From a bacterium (GTDB lineage Bacteria > Patescibacteriota > Dojkabacteria > SC72), in contig JAIOSB010000021.1 of assembly GCA_021107795.1 (NCBI GenBank), positions 5,249 to 69,248 on the forward strand: a stretch of DNA of 64,000 bases, read 5' to 3'. This document shows, one piece after another, positions 29,328-38,913 of this stretch (positions are counted from its first letter, which is position 1; each line of letters begins with the position of its first letter). The notes below the pieces were generated by a model, which did not search any database, was not told where the DNA came from, and saw only the letters and a program-made list of their open reading frames with translations. Position numbers and translations under genes: made by a program.

Positions 29328-30031
29328 TGAGCAAAGGAAAACTCTACTTAATACCAACACCAATATCAGGAGAGGATTTCAATGCTGCAATATTGCCAAT
29401 GGATATAAAGATTGTGGGTAATCTCAAACACTTCATTGTAGAAACACCAAAGGTGGCTAGAGCATATCTTTCTAGTATTAAACTCAGTATCCCAATACAA
29501 GAGATAGAGATGGGGATATATGATGAGCACTCCAAAGAGGAGGAAATACAGGACCTAATTCAACCGTTAATGGTAGGTATTAATATAGGATTAATGACTG
29601 ATGCAGGGACTCCGTGTATAGCGGATCCTGGAGAAGAGATAGTGATGCTTTGTCAGAAGCTTGGGATAGAGATAATCCCTATGATTGGCCCATCTTCCAT
29701 ATTTCTTACACTGATGGCAAGTGGCTTATACGCAGAGAAGTTTACATTCAATGGCTACTTAGCGAGAAAATCAAACAAGAGGAAAAGAGATTTAAATAAA
29801 TTACTACATCGGATATATAAGGGTGAAGGGACTCAGATCTTTATAGAAGCTCCATATAGAAATGAGGGGATGTTTAAAGCTCTGCTCGAGCTACCAGAGG
29901 ACACAATTCTTTGTTTGGGAATTGAAGTTAACGGAGAGAATGAAAAAATTATTACACAGCCAATTAGTGTTTGGAAACAGCAGAGACCTGTCTTAAAGAA
30001 GGTCCCAGTAATATTTCTATTAGGAAAGTAA
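29327..30031 (+). CDS. RsmI-like SAM-dependent (tetrapyrrole-type) methyltransferase
   Basis: LYLIPTPI, DAGTPCIADPG, GPSSI, FIEAPYRN; translationally coupled to mutL (TAATG). Confidence 0.85.
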   Translation: MSKGKLYLIPTPISGEDFNAAILPMDIKIVGNLKHFIVETPKVARAYLSSIKLSIPIQEIEMGIYDEHSKEEEIQDLIQPLMVGINIGLMTDAGTPCIADPGEEIVMLCQKLGIEIIPMIGPSSIFLTLMASGLYAEKFTFNGYLARKSNKRKRDLNKLLHRIYKGEGTQIFIEAPYRNEGMFKALLELPEDTILCLGIEVNGENEKIITQPISVWKQQRPVLKKVPVIFLLGK

Positions 30032-30055
30032 GGGGGGATATTAACAATTAATATT

Positions 30056-30673
30056 ATGAATATATTACATCACTTCCTTTCGTCTTGGAGTAAAGTGCGT
30101 TTATACTTTGTATTTATCTCAATAGTAGGACTGTTGTTAGGAGTGTATGCAATTGTTCTGATTAATTCTGCGACTGGTAGAGTCTCCTCCCCTCAAAATG
30201 CAACTTATGTTGCCAAAGTCAGTGAAGTGGTTGAGATAGGTTGTATGAAAGAAGAATATACCGAAAAGAATTGGATAATTATTCCTAAGATGAAGATATT
30301 TGAAGAAATCTTCGAAGGCGGTGAGGAAGCGCTGTCTAAAGGGGTTTATCATAAGTTTGCAGAGATGGGGAATCCAGAGAAAGTCGGAAATTTTCTTCTA
30401 ACCGCACATCGACAAGAATTTGGATTGACATTTGATAGTGTACGAAGAAGATCTCCTTTTTATAATATAGATTTGCTTGAAGTGAATGATAAGATTAAGA
30501 TTATTTGGAATCAAGTAGAGTATATATATGTAATCCAACGTATCTATACTGTAGAGCCCGAACAAACGGAAATAGAGGATCAAACAGATGATAGCAGACT
30601 AACTATGTACACATGTACTCTAGGAGGATCAGATGATGGACGTATTGTTGTTGAGGCTTTTCCTAAGTGGTAG
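30056..30673 (+). CDS. Sortase (class D/E-like)
   Basis: N-terminal TM anchor; GNFLLTAHR (His), LTMYTC (TLxTC Cys) and GRIVV (Arg). Confidence 0.9.
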   Translation: MNILHHFLSSWSKVRLYFVFISIVGLLLGVYAIVLINSATGRVSSPQNATYVAKVSEVVEIGCMKEEYTEKNWIIIPKMKIFEEIFEGGEEALSKGVYHKFAEMGNPEKVGNFLLTAHRQEFGLTFDSVRRRSPFYNIDLLEVNDKIKIIWNQVEYIYVIQRIYTVEPEQTEIEDQTDDSRLTMYTCTLGGSDDGRIVVEAFPKW

Positions 30674-32851
30674 TATAACTGATGTAGCAAATCCGAACAG
30701 GGAAAGTAGTATTAATATCTTAGCAGCATTTATATACCCAGTATGATTAATTCCCGTATCACTAAGTGTCTCTGGTGGTGGGTCTTCAGTTACACCAAGT
30801 ACAGTAGCATCATCATCTTCAGGAGTGTCAGGATTGTCTGAGAGGGAGGTTGTATTGTAAGTACCATTACCTTGTCCATCAAAACTTGCCGTACCTTGAC
30901 TGGTTACTACACCACTTTGTGAAGGGTCTGAGGCAATATTAACATAGAGGTAGATGGTAATGGAGCTTGTTCGTGAGATTGATCCTGTCCAATGTAGAGA
31001 GTCTCCATTCATAGTTAATGTCCCAGAGCTTGTGGAAGATGAGACAAAGGTAGTTCGTGAAGGGATATCAATATCAAAATCTATACTGTCTTCTTTGTCA
31101 CCAGAATTATCCATTACAATTGTGTATTGAATTCTATCTCCAACTTCGTGTGTATTAGGAGATCCAGTTTGGTCAACGGCAACATTTGTAATAGTGACAG
31201 CCGAGATTGGTTGATCATTTCTGGCTCCAATGGTAATACCGTCTCCAAAAAAGATGACATTATCCCCACTGTTTGGTCTACTAGCAGATTGCTCTGTCGT
31301 AGAGGAGTAGGTAGTAAGTGTTTCTATTGTCCAAATGGAATCATTGTCTCTATCCCTTCCACTATTATGCAGAGCTATAGATTCTTCATCACCAGTAGTA
31401 AGAGTCCCTGTAAGAACAGCTGTGGAATGATTGTTGAGTGCTCCCCCAGCTGGATGTTCTCCAGGGTCATCTCCATCGTTATCTCCATTAGAGTCTATTA
31501 TTATATCGTTACCATCATTGGAGGCTATTGAGTTGTAAATAACTGTATCGAGAATATTTCCTCTTAAAACATCTGTAGTATCATTGTAGACAGGTGTTGT
31601 GTAATCAATTGGACTTAGCAGGACAACCTCATCACCATCATCATTAAGGATACACCTATCACGTCCCCAGTAAATGGTTACTACATTATCACCCTCAAAA
31701 CTCCAGTCACTTTGTGGTCTTTCCAGGCCTACATTTAATATTACAAACCCTTGAGGTGGGACAAGTAATCCTGGGAAAATGAATACATGGTCGTGATAGT
31801 TGTAATCATATGTATCATGATTACCACCACTCGTAGCTGTTTTAAGGTCAGTAATTGCCCAATTTCCAATATAGATTGGCTCAGTAGTGGGATTGTAAAG
31901 CTCGATTTGTTCATCATCTTCATTTAACCAAGCATCTCCACCCGCCTGATTATATACAATCTCGTTAATAATTAATCCCGATTGTTGCTCATATAACGTA
32001 TTTGAACTTGGTCCAACACTTCCGTCATTAGACGCTCCAGGTGTAGCAGATCCGGCAGTGATGTCTAACCAACTTGAACTTGAATCCTGGTCAATACCAT
32101 TAGGGTCTAATGCTATCGAAGAATCATTGGCATTTGTCCCCGGTTCGTGTGCTCTTTCAGACGCTATATTAGTAAAGTCTGTACCACCGGGATATTCACT
32201 TGGGTCAATTGTACCGTTTCCGTCTGCATCAATGGCAATATTGTTATTACCACTAGAACCCATACCTCCGTAAGTAACAAAATCAACGACAGTTCCTCTT
32301 ATGTAGTTATTTGTATCATCGTAAATTGGGAGAATACCATCAATTGGTTCCAGTAGAACAATTTGTTCACCACCATTGCTTAATCCACCCGATGTTCGCC
32401 CCCAGTACAAGGTAGCAATGTAATCACCAGAAGCAAAATCAAAATGATAATCATTATTGAAATGTCCTTCACCGTTTGTGTGTGACCCAACGGAAACAAG
32501 AACATAGCCACCTGGCGGAACGATAAGAGGTGGTAATATATAGACCCCATCATGATAGAAAGAGGTTCCTCTTCCAGTGGTGGAGGTGTCAAGATCTGTT
32601 AATACCCAGTTAGTCATATTTATTTCGTTGCTTGATGGGTTGTATAATTCAATCCATTCATTAAGTGGTTCGGCACCAGAAGGATTTCCCATAATCTCAT
32701 TGATAACTATCGAGGTACTAGCAGCTTTTGCGGGTATTGGTTTACAAACCCCATAGAGAAAGGTAAATGATAAAACGGCCAGAATTAAAATTATTCTATT
32801 ATGAAGACAGTATATTATTGTCATTACCATATATAATAGTATTTTCGACAA
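30629..32851 (-). CDS. Surface protein with two lamin-tail (LTD) domains, a DUF11-like domain and an LSDTG sorting signal
   Basis: VINEIM...EWIELYNP and IINEIV...EQIELYNP repeats; VGDRIQYTIVMDNSG; C-terminal LSDTG followed by a hydrophobic helix and an RK tail. Confidence 0.82.
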   Translation of the reverse strand: MSKILLYMVMTIIYCLHNRIILILAVLSFTFLYGVCKPIPAKAASTSIVINEIMGNPSGAEPLNEWIELYNPSSNEINMTNWVLTDLDTSTTGRGTSFYHDGVYILPPLIVPPGGYVLVSVGSHTNGEGHFNNDYHFDFASGDYIATLYWGRTSGGLSNGGEQIVLLEPIDGILPIYDDTNNYIRGTVVDFVTYGGMGSSGNNNIAIDADGNGTIDPSEYPGGTDFTNIASERAHEPGTNANDSSIALDPNGIDQDSSSSWLDITAGSATPGASNDGSVGPSSNTLYEQQSGLIINEIVYNQAGGDAWLNEDDEQIELYNPTTEPIYIGNWAITDLKTATSGGNHDTYDYNYHDHVFIFPGLLVPPQGFVILNVGLERPQSDWSFEGDNVVTIYWGRDRCILNDDGDEVVLLSPIDYTTPVYNDTTDVLRGNILDTVIYNSIASNDGNDIIIDSNGDNDGDDPGEHPAGGALNNHSTAVLTGTLTTGDEESIALHNSGRDRDNDSIWTIETLTTYSSTTEQSASRPNSGDNVIFFGDGITIGARNDQPISAVTITNVAVDQTGSPNTHEVGDRIQYTIVMDNSGDKEDSIDFDIDIPSRTTFVSSSTSSGTLTMNGDSLHWTGSISRTSSITIYLYVNIASDPSQSGVVTSQGTASFDGQGNGTYNTTSLSDNPDTPEDDDATVLGVTEDPPPETLSDTGINHTGYINAAKILILLSLFGFATSVILPLRKSLNNNTSII

Positions 32852-32972
32852 AGAGTCAAGTTATACACTTCAAAGCTTTTATCTTATAATGTTTTTTGTA
32901 AAATTCTGCTTGTTTTTATAATTTGTTTTTGTTATCTTTAATAGAGTATATAAAGTTAGAAAAATTGGGATT

Positions 32973-35900
32973 ATGTATAAAAACAAACTTGTCTTCATGT
33001 TTTTATTAATCACCTCTTTACTACTTACTAGCCCAATTTATGCGGTTGATCAAACTCAGGATAACCAAACACAATCTCAAAAACAAAGTTTTTTAAAAAA
33101 TTTGTACTGCACTTTTTTTTGGCACAAAGACTCCACTTGTATTAACTATCGTTTAAGTAATTTGTCTGCTGAGGATGGCTATCTAGACCAAGAGATTTAT
33201 TTAGAGAGTATCAAGACTGATACCGGAGTAACTGCTTTACAGATAAGTTTGCTCAAGGGAGAGAAAGGGGACGAGGGTGAAAAAGGAGATAAAGGAGAAC
33301 CGGGTGAGGATGGGCAAGAGGGATCAGCAGGGACCAGCTCGGGCTCCAACACAACAGATTATTCTGCCGGTACTGGTATTAGCATTAACTATGACACAAT
33401 TGCAGTTAAAGATAACTACTTATTAAATACAGGCGATATAGCTAATGGTAATTATACATTTCAAGGGACTTTAGATTTAAGTAACACTACTATCTCAAAT
33501 AGAAAACCCTTAACTTTTGAAGGTGATACTATTGATAATAATGAAACGATTTTTGAAATCGTTGACCCTACTGGAGACAGGACAATATCATTTCCCAATC
33601 AAACAGGAGAAGTGTCTCTCTTGGGACAAAGCGTGAGTACCTCAGAGATAGAGAATAATTCAGTAACTGGGTCAAAGATTGCTCTTGGATCAGATACACA
33701 TGGGGATTTAATGTATTATGATGGTAATAACTGGACCAGACTTATTCCAGGAACTTCTGGACAATACCTTAAAACAACTGGAGTGGGCAGTAATCCAGAA
33801 TGGGCAGATATAAGTGGTGGAGGAATCCTTATCTTTACCACTGTGGCTTTGGCTGAAGTAGCAAGTGCATTTGATAACGATATAGTCTATGTGGTAGAAA
33901 CAGAGACTTTTTATAAATACGAAGCAAGTGGTAGTTCTTACACCGATGACAATCAGTTTGCACTATCCACAGGAGATGGAGGAAATACTAGATGGATAGG
34001 TGTATCCGGACAATTTATAATAGGTAGTGTAAATATTAATAAAGCTTTAAACTTAGCTGCTGTAGACACAACTTCTGATTATGGAGCAACTGAAGAATGG
34101 TTATTTAATCAACTCCACGCAGATACAAGCTCCAGTGATTTGACTATTACCTTCCCAACGCCTGCTAATATGGTGAATTTTCCTGATGGAGCTTCTAGAT
34201 ACATAGTTAATACAGGAACGGGAAGACTATATCTTGATCCAAATGGCAACTCTATCGAAGGTGATACTTCTACTTGGGTAATAGCAAATGGTGGTTTTAT
34301 GGAATTTACTAAAATAGGTTCAAATATCGTAATCCTTACATCAGAATATGCATATATTAGCCAAGAACCAGATGATCTCAGCAATCTAGAAATCTGGTTG
34401 GATGCGGAGCTAGGAATAACTGAGAGTGGAGGAGCTGTCTCTCAATGGGTGTCACAAGATTCGAACTCGAGGACCTTCTCTCAAGCCACAGGAGGCAGTC
34501 AGCCGGTGTTTAACTCAAGTGATCTAAATGGTAGAGCAACTGTTGAAAATGATGCTGCTAAATATATGAGTGCAGGAAGTGGATTTAATATATTTAATAA
34601 TACTTCTGGACGAGGAATTTATGGAATAGCTTTAGTCTACACAACCAATACAGGTACAGACTATATAATCGGTAAAAGTCAAAACGGTCAAAGGGCATGG
34701 AGATTTGGGCAAAGAAACTCAATCATATATGAAGAAAAAGATGGTAATCCGTACTCGAGAGCAACTCAGGGAATCTCAACTAATCAATGGCAAGTAATGG
34801 AAATGGTTTGGAATCCGGGTGAAGGAGTCATGATCTATATCGATGGGGTTAAACAATCTACGGCTGGAACGGTTGCAACAACAATAGATATCGACTGTAC
34901 TTCCAATCTTCAAATATTCGACCTTCAAGAGGGAGGAGACTTTGATGGTAAAATCGCAGAGTTAATAATGTATTCTGATGTACCGACAGCTATTCAAAGA
35001 CAGAATCTAAGGAACTACCTATCTACCAAGTTTGCACTACAAGATATTGGAGAAAGCGCAACTGTTGAAGTTTCTGAACCTAATAGAATTGTTGTAGCTA
35101 AAGATGGGGGAGATTATACTGTTTTGGCTGATGCTCTTGCCTCTATCACAGATGCTACATCGACCAATAGGTATGTAGTTGTATTAGGACAAGGTGAATG
35201 GACAGAAGATATTACTATACCGGATTATGTATATATTTCTGGTAGAAGTACTGGATCGGTAATTAATGGACAAGTTACCTTTAATTCAGACAATTTCGCC
35301 AAGTTACAAAATATCAAAGTTAAAGACTCAGGAACGATTCCGATAGTGTTTGATGGTGATGGGAAATATTATATCGATAAAACAACGGTCGTAGGTATGT
35401 GGTTTGCTAGTGGAGAAGACAATAAAGCACTATTTGATGTCCAAGAAGGTAATATTACAATAAGTGATTCAAGCGCTATTTTTATAGGAACACACGATGC
35501 GGGATATGATCAGTCTACTATTTATTATGTACACGGTTCAGATGAAGTAAGTTTAAAATCTTTCTCAAATGTTCATGCACTAAGCACAGATGATTTAGGA
35601 GACGACATCACTTTGAGTACAAGTACAAATACTAACAGTAGCACTCTTATTGAAGTTAAAAATGGTTATTTTTCTACAGATTTTTCAGGAACAAATCATG
35701 CAAACGATGTTGTTGTATTTTATGGACTCGAAAATGCACATAATTTTCAGGTGTCTCTCAATCAGATAGATATCAATGTCTCAGGAACAACACATACCAA
35801 TTTTGATTTCTTCTCATCATTTATTTATCACGTAGCAACAGGAAATAGTACTGAAATTATACAAAACAATAATGATTACCATTTCACAAATGTAAATGAC

Positions 35901-36281
35901 TCGGATAAACATATAGGTATTGCAGAGCAAGATGGTGGAACTGCCGTTTTATCGATAACCGATGATGTATGGAAAATGGACACAAATGTATTTCCAGATA
36001 CTGGAGGTTCAGGTGTCGTTACTGATGGAGATCTTTACTATACTATAAAAAACGGATTTGGAGGTGTAAAACAGAATGGTGGGATTATTACAAGTGGTAA
36101 CGTAGACTTTAGTGAAGGGTCGTTGGAGATACCTAATAGTACAAATTTACCTGCTACTTGCAGTATAGGACAACTGTTCCATGATACTGATTCAGATGAT
36201 TGTATAGATACAGCTTCAGGTGATGGGGCGCTCTGTATTTGTAAATCGTCAAACTCTTGGACTTTGATATCAGATTTTTAA
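32973..36281 (+). CDS. Large secreted adhesin-like protein (collagen-like repeat, LamG-like and beta-helix-like regions)
   Basis: Signal peptide; GEKGDEGEKGDKGEPGEDGQEGSAG; LEIWLDA...YIDG...FDGKIAELIMY; IVVAKDGGDY beta-helix cap. Confidence 0.8.
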   Translation: MYKNKLVFMFLLITSLLLTSPIYAVDQTQDNQTQSQKQSFLKNLYCTFFWHKDSTCINYRLSNLSAEDGYLDQEIYLESIKTDTGVTALQISLLKGEKGDEGEKGDKGEPGEDGQEGSAGTSSGSNTTDYSAGTGISINYDTIAVKDNYLLNTGDIANGNYTFQGTLDLSNTTISNRKPLTFEGDTIDNNETIFEIVDPTGDRTISFPNQTGEVSLLGQSVSTSEIENNSVTGSKIALGSDTHGDLMYYDGNNWTRLIPGTSGQYLKTTGVGSNPEWADISGGGILIFTTVALAEVASAFDNDIVYVVETETFYKYEASGSSYTDDNQFALSTGDGGNTRWIGVSGQFIIGSVNINKALNLAAVDTTSDYGATEEWLFNQLHADTSSSDLTITFPTPANMVNFPDGASRYIVNTGTGRLYLDPNGNSIEGDTSTWVIANGGFMEFTKIGSNIVILTSEYAYISQEPDDLSNLEIWLDAELGITESGGAVSQWVSQDSNSRTFSQATGGSQPVFNSSDLNGRATVENDAAKYMSAGSGFNIFNNTSGRGIYGIALVYTTNTGTDYIIGKSQNGQRAWRFGQRNSIIYEEKDGNPYSRATQGISTNQWQVMEMVWNPGEGVMIYIDGVKQSTAGTVATTIDIDCTSNLQIFDLQEGGDFDGKIAELIMYSDVPTAIQRQNLRNYLSTKFALQDIGESATVEVSEPNRIVVAKDGGDYTVLADALASITDATSTNRYVVVLGQGEWTEDITIPDYVYISGRSTGSVINGQVTFNSDNFAKLQNIKVKDSGTIPIVFDGDGKYYIDKTTVVGMWFASGEDNKALFDVQEGNITISDSSAIFIGTHDAGYDQSTIYYVHGSDEVSLKSFSNVHALSTDDLGDDITLSTSTNTNSSTLIEVKNGYFSTDFSGTNHANDVVVFYGLENAHNFQVSLNQIDINVSGTTHTNFDFFSSFIYHVATGNSTEIIQNNNDYHFTNVNDSDKHIGIAEQDGGTAVLSITDDVWKMDTNVFPDTGGSGVVTDGDLYYTIKNGFGGVKQNGGIITSGNVDFSEGSLEIPNSTNLPATCSIGQLFHDTDSDDCIDTASGDGALCICKSSNSWTLISDF

Positions 36282-36306
36282 TATTAGTTGATTAAACATT
36301 AATACT

Positions 36307-36717
36307 ATGAAAAACATAATGCATATAAAAGGTAAGCAATTTGCTACACGAAAGATATTATTATTTGGTGTATTAATAATTGTTATTGGATTGATATCAT
36401 TTACTTCCTATTATTATCACCAATATCAACAAATTAGAAATAATCCAGACATCATTACTGAGAAAGAATTGGAATCTATAACTACTAGTATCAATCGTTT
36501 TATGGACCTACCAGAGGACGAGACACCCACGCTAGCTACCATTACGGATAAGGAGGAGCTCAGTGATCAACAATTCTTCAAGAAAGCCGAGGTTGGCGAT
36601 AAGGTGTTGATTTACACTAAATCGCTTAAAGCAATTCTATATAGACCATCTAGCAAAAGAGTCATTGAATTTGCACCTTTGATTTTGGATATTCAAGATC
36701 AAGAAGACCAACTATAA
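36307..36717 (+). CDS. Hypothetical membrane-anchored protein
   Basis: TM helix then LPEDETPTLATITD...QFFKKAEVGDKVLIY...AILYRPS; co-oriented with the adhesin. Confidence 0.7.
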   Translation: MKNIMHIKGKQFATRKILLFGVLIIVIGLISFTSYYYHQYQQIRNNPDIITEKELESITTSINRFMDLPEDETPTLATITDKEELSDQQFFKKAEVGDKVLIYTKSLKAILYRPSSKRVIEFAPLILDIQDQEDQL

Positions 36718-36737
36718 TTCCAAAATGCTACATAGTC

Positions 36738-36814
36738 TGGTCGGGGAAACAGGACTCGAACCTGCGACCTCTGCTTCCCAAAAGCAGCGTTCTAGCCATC
36801 TGAACTATTCCCCG
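36738..36814 (-). tRNA. tRNA-Pro (TGG)
   Basis: Minus strand CGGGGAA...CTGCT-TTTGGGA-AGCAG...TTCGAGT...TTCCCCG-A-CCA. Confidence 0.96.
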
Positions 36815-36854
36815 ATGTCATGCTTAGCAATATTTTACCACAGATTATGAAAAC

Positions 36855-36882
36855 AAAAAAGGGAGGAACTCCCCCCTTTTTT
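36855..36882 (-). terminator. Intrinsic terminator (possibly bidirectional)
   Basis: AAAAAA-GGGAGG-AACT-CCCCCC-TTTTTT, about 25 nt downstream of the 36906 ORF. Confidence 0.75.
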
Positions 36883-36905
36883 AAGTTGTTTTTATGACAA
36901 AAATG

Positions 36906-37283
36906 TTAGATCTTAGCCATAAGTTTAAGAGCATATTCTGAAATTACAGGTAGGTCATATCTCTCACCATTTGAAACTTTGACCATTGCCATAATCATCA
37001 TTACGAAGATAACGATTCCATAGAAGAAAGAAGCGATACCAACGAGGACTCCTAAGACAGGAATAACAACAAGGACTGACAAAGCTATTGAGACTAATGC
37101 TGCAATCACGAATTGAGCACTCATATATCTTACAAACTTATCATCTTTTTCCGTGAGAAGGAGAATAAGGCCAACAATAGGTAGACATGCTAGTATTGCC
37201 ATTGTCTTATTCACTTCGTTAAATTTAATATCTTCTAAGGTGTAAACCTTTTCCGCACTCTTTGCAGTTGTTTCTTCTGCCAT
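36906..37283 (-). CDS. DUF4870-like membrane protein
   Basis: MAILACLP...EKDDKFVRY..AQ...GERYDLPVI; three TM helices. Confidence 0.8.
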   Translation of the reverse strand: MAEETTAKSAEKVYTLEDIKFNEVNKTMAILACLPIVGLILLLTEKDDKFVRYMSAQFVIAALVSIALSVLVVIPVLGVLVGIASFFYGIVIFVMMIMAMVKVSNGERYDLPVISEYALKLMAKI

Positions 37284-37413
37284 AACACTTGAGTAATAAT
37301 TTATATCTCAAAGTATATAACATCTTCACCCACATATACAATAGTATACTACAAGCTGTTGCGGTATACATACGGTGTGGTATACTTAAATACTAAATTG
37401 ATAGTATACCAAT

Positions 37414-38088
37414 GTGTCAAACAAATTAACAAAGAAGCAAGAAAGAGTTCTTGCATTAGTAAGGGATTGTTATCTAGAAAATGGATATGCTCCATCTCTT
37501 GGTGAACTTCAAAGTATGTTAGGATTTAACTCTAAAAGAGGGGTGGTTAACCATCTGGTAGCTTTAGAAAACAAAGGATTTATTATTCGTACTAGCGAAC
37601 CTAGAGGGATACAGATTGTTGAAGAGAGAGATGATAGAAATCTACAGTATGAGTATTTAATAGGTATACCTATATTCGGATATGCTAATGCTGGTACACC
37701 TTTAGTATCTGCTCAAGAAGAATCTTTGGGTATGTTGAGAGTTGATAGAAGTTTAATACGAAGAAAATCTCCTAGAGATTTGTTTGGTTTGATTGTAGAG
37801 GGTGATTCAATGAATCAAAGGGAGGTGGATGGGTTAAAGATTGAGGAAGGTAGGTACCTAATAGTCGATAAAGAGGCAGATATTGTAGAAGGGGATGTAG
37901 TAGTAGCTGTTATTGATAGTAGTGCTACTGTTAAGAATATAAGTCTCACTACAAAGGATATGGTAGTACTTTATCCTAATTCTGATAACCCTAAACATCA
38001 ACCAATGTACTTAGATGCTAGTAGTGATTTTTTGATTAATGGGAAGGTAGTAAAGGTGTTAAATAATCCTATGAAGACTACCTTATAA
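37414..38088 (+). CDS. lexA: LexA repressor
   Basis: LTKKQ...GYAPSLGEL wHTH, ANAG cleavage site, GDSM Ser, ATVK Lys. Confidence 0.93.
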   Translation: MSNKLTKKQERVLALVRDCYLENGYAPSLGELQSMLGFNSKRGVVNHLVALENKGFIIRTSEPRGIQIVEERDDRNLQYEYLIGIPIFGYANAGTPLVSAQEESLGMLRVDRSLIRRKSPRDLFGLIVEGDSMNQREVDGLKIEEGRYLIVDKEADIVEGDVVVAVIDSSATVKNISLTTKDMVVLYPNSDNPKHQPMYLDASSDFLINGKVVKVLNNPMKTTL

Positions 38089-38761
38089 CTACACGATCTA
38101 CATAAGGAGAAATTATCTGCTTAATAGCTTCTAACTCTTCCTCTGCAAAGGAATTGCTTCTGTTCAATGAAGGGTCGATAGTCTTACCCTTTCTGAAGTT
38201 CTGTATGTAGTAGTTCTTACACCCCTTAATCATTTCTCCAATACCCTTAGCGTCCTCTATGACATGCAGACCTTTGACATATGTAGTTCTAAATTCATAA
38301 TCCTTTCCACTACCCATTATCATATCAATAGTAGACTTAATCGCTTTAGTATCTATACCATACTCTTTGAAATATTCTTGAGGATATTTAATATCCATTG
38401 CCCAATAGTCGACTATATCTAACCCTACTATCTCTTTAACAATATCATCCAACAATCCATTGGTGTCTAATTTGACCAAAAGACCTAAACTTTTAACTTT
38501 TCTAATGAAGGGGATTAAGTCGGGTTGTAGTGTAGGTTCTCCACCAGTTATCACTAGAGCATCGATTAAGCCTATACGTTTTTTGAGATAACTAAGGACT
38601 GTTGCCTCGGGGGTAATGAGAGCCTTCTTGCAAGGCTCTACTACTAATTCTGGATTATGACAGTACCCACATCTAAGATTGCATCCATATGTAAATATAA
38701 TAGACGCAATCTTACCAGGGTAATCCAGTAATGTATTCTTTTCAAAACCAGCTATCAACAT
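38078..38761 (-). CDS. nrdG: Anaerobic ribonucleoside-triphosphate reductase activating protein
   Basis: LLDYPG, GCNLRCGYCHN, ITGGEPTLQ, KLDTNG, YEFRTT; adjacent to nrdD. Confidence 0.95.
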   Translation of the reverse strand: MLIAGFEKNTLLDYPGKIASIIFTYGCNLRCGYCHNPELVVEPCKKALITPEATVLSYLKKRIGLIDALVITGGEPTLQPDLIPFIRKVKSLGLLVKLDTNGLLDDIVKEIVGLDIVDYWAMDIKYPQEYFKEYGIDTKAIKSTIDMIMGSGKDYEFRTTYVKGLHVIEDAKGIGEMIKGCKNYYIQNFRKGKTIDPSLNRSNSFAEEELEAIKQIISPYVDRVVIR

Positions 38762-38763
38762 TT

Positions 38764-38886
38764 TTAACTAAAGGTTTTCCTATCATGGAATTCAGCAACT
38801 TTGCCGTTGTTCCACTGTCTGATAGGCCTGATATATCCAACGACTCTTGAGTAGACCTCACACCTTTGCCTCTGTACTTTTCTCAT
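38764..38886 (-). CDS. Stand-alone NrdD C-terminal glycyl-radical peptide, 40 aa: MRKVQRQRCEVYSRVVGYIRPIRQWNNGKVAEFHDRKTFS
   Basis: Hand-translated. Carries the class III RNR glycyl-radical motif YSRVVGY-RP...WNxGKxxEFxDR. Stop lies 2 nt before the nrdG ATG. Confidence 0.9.
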   Translation of the reverse strand: MRKVQRQRCEVYSRVVGYIRPIRQWNNGKVAEFHDRKTFS

Positions 38887-38913
38887 ACTTTTGGACAGTA
38901 ATAATTTAAATAG

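Noticed and set aside
30030-36814. tRNA-Pro-anchored genomic island
   Set aside because: No duplicated tRNA 3' end and no adjacent integrase found by eye. The same holds for tRNA-Gly and tRNA-Gln.
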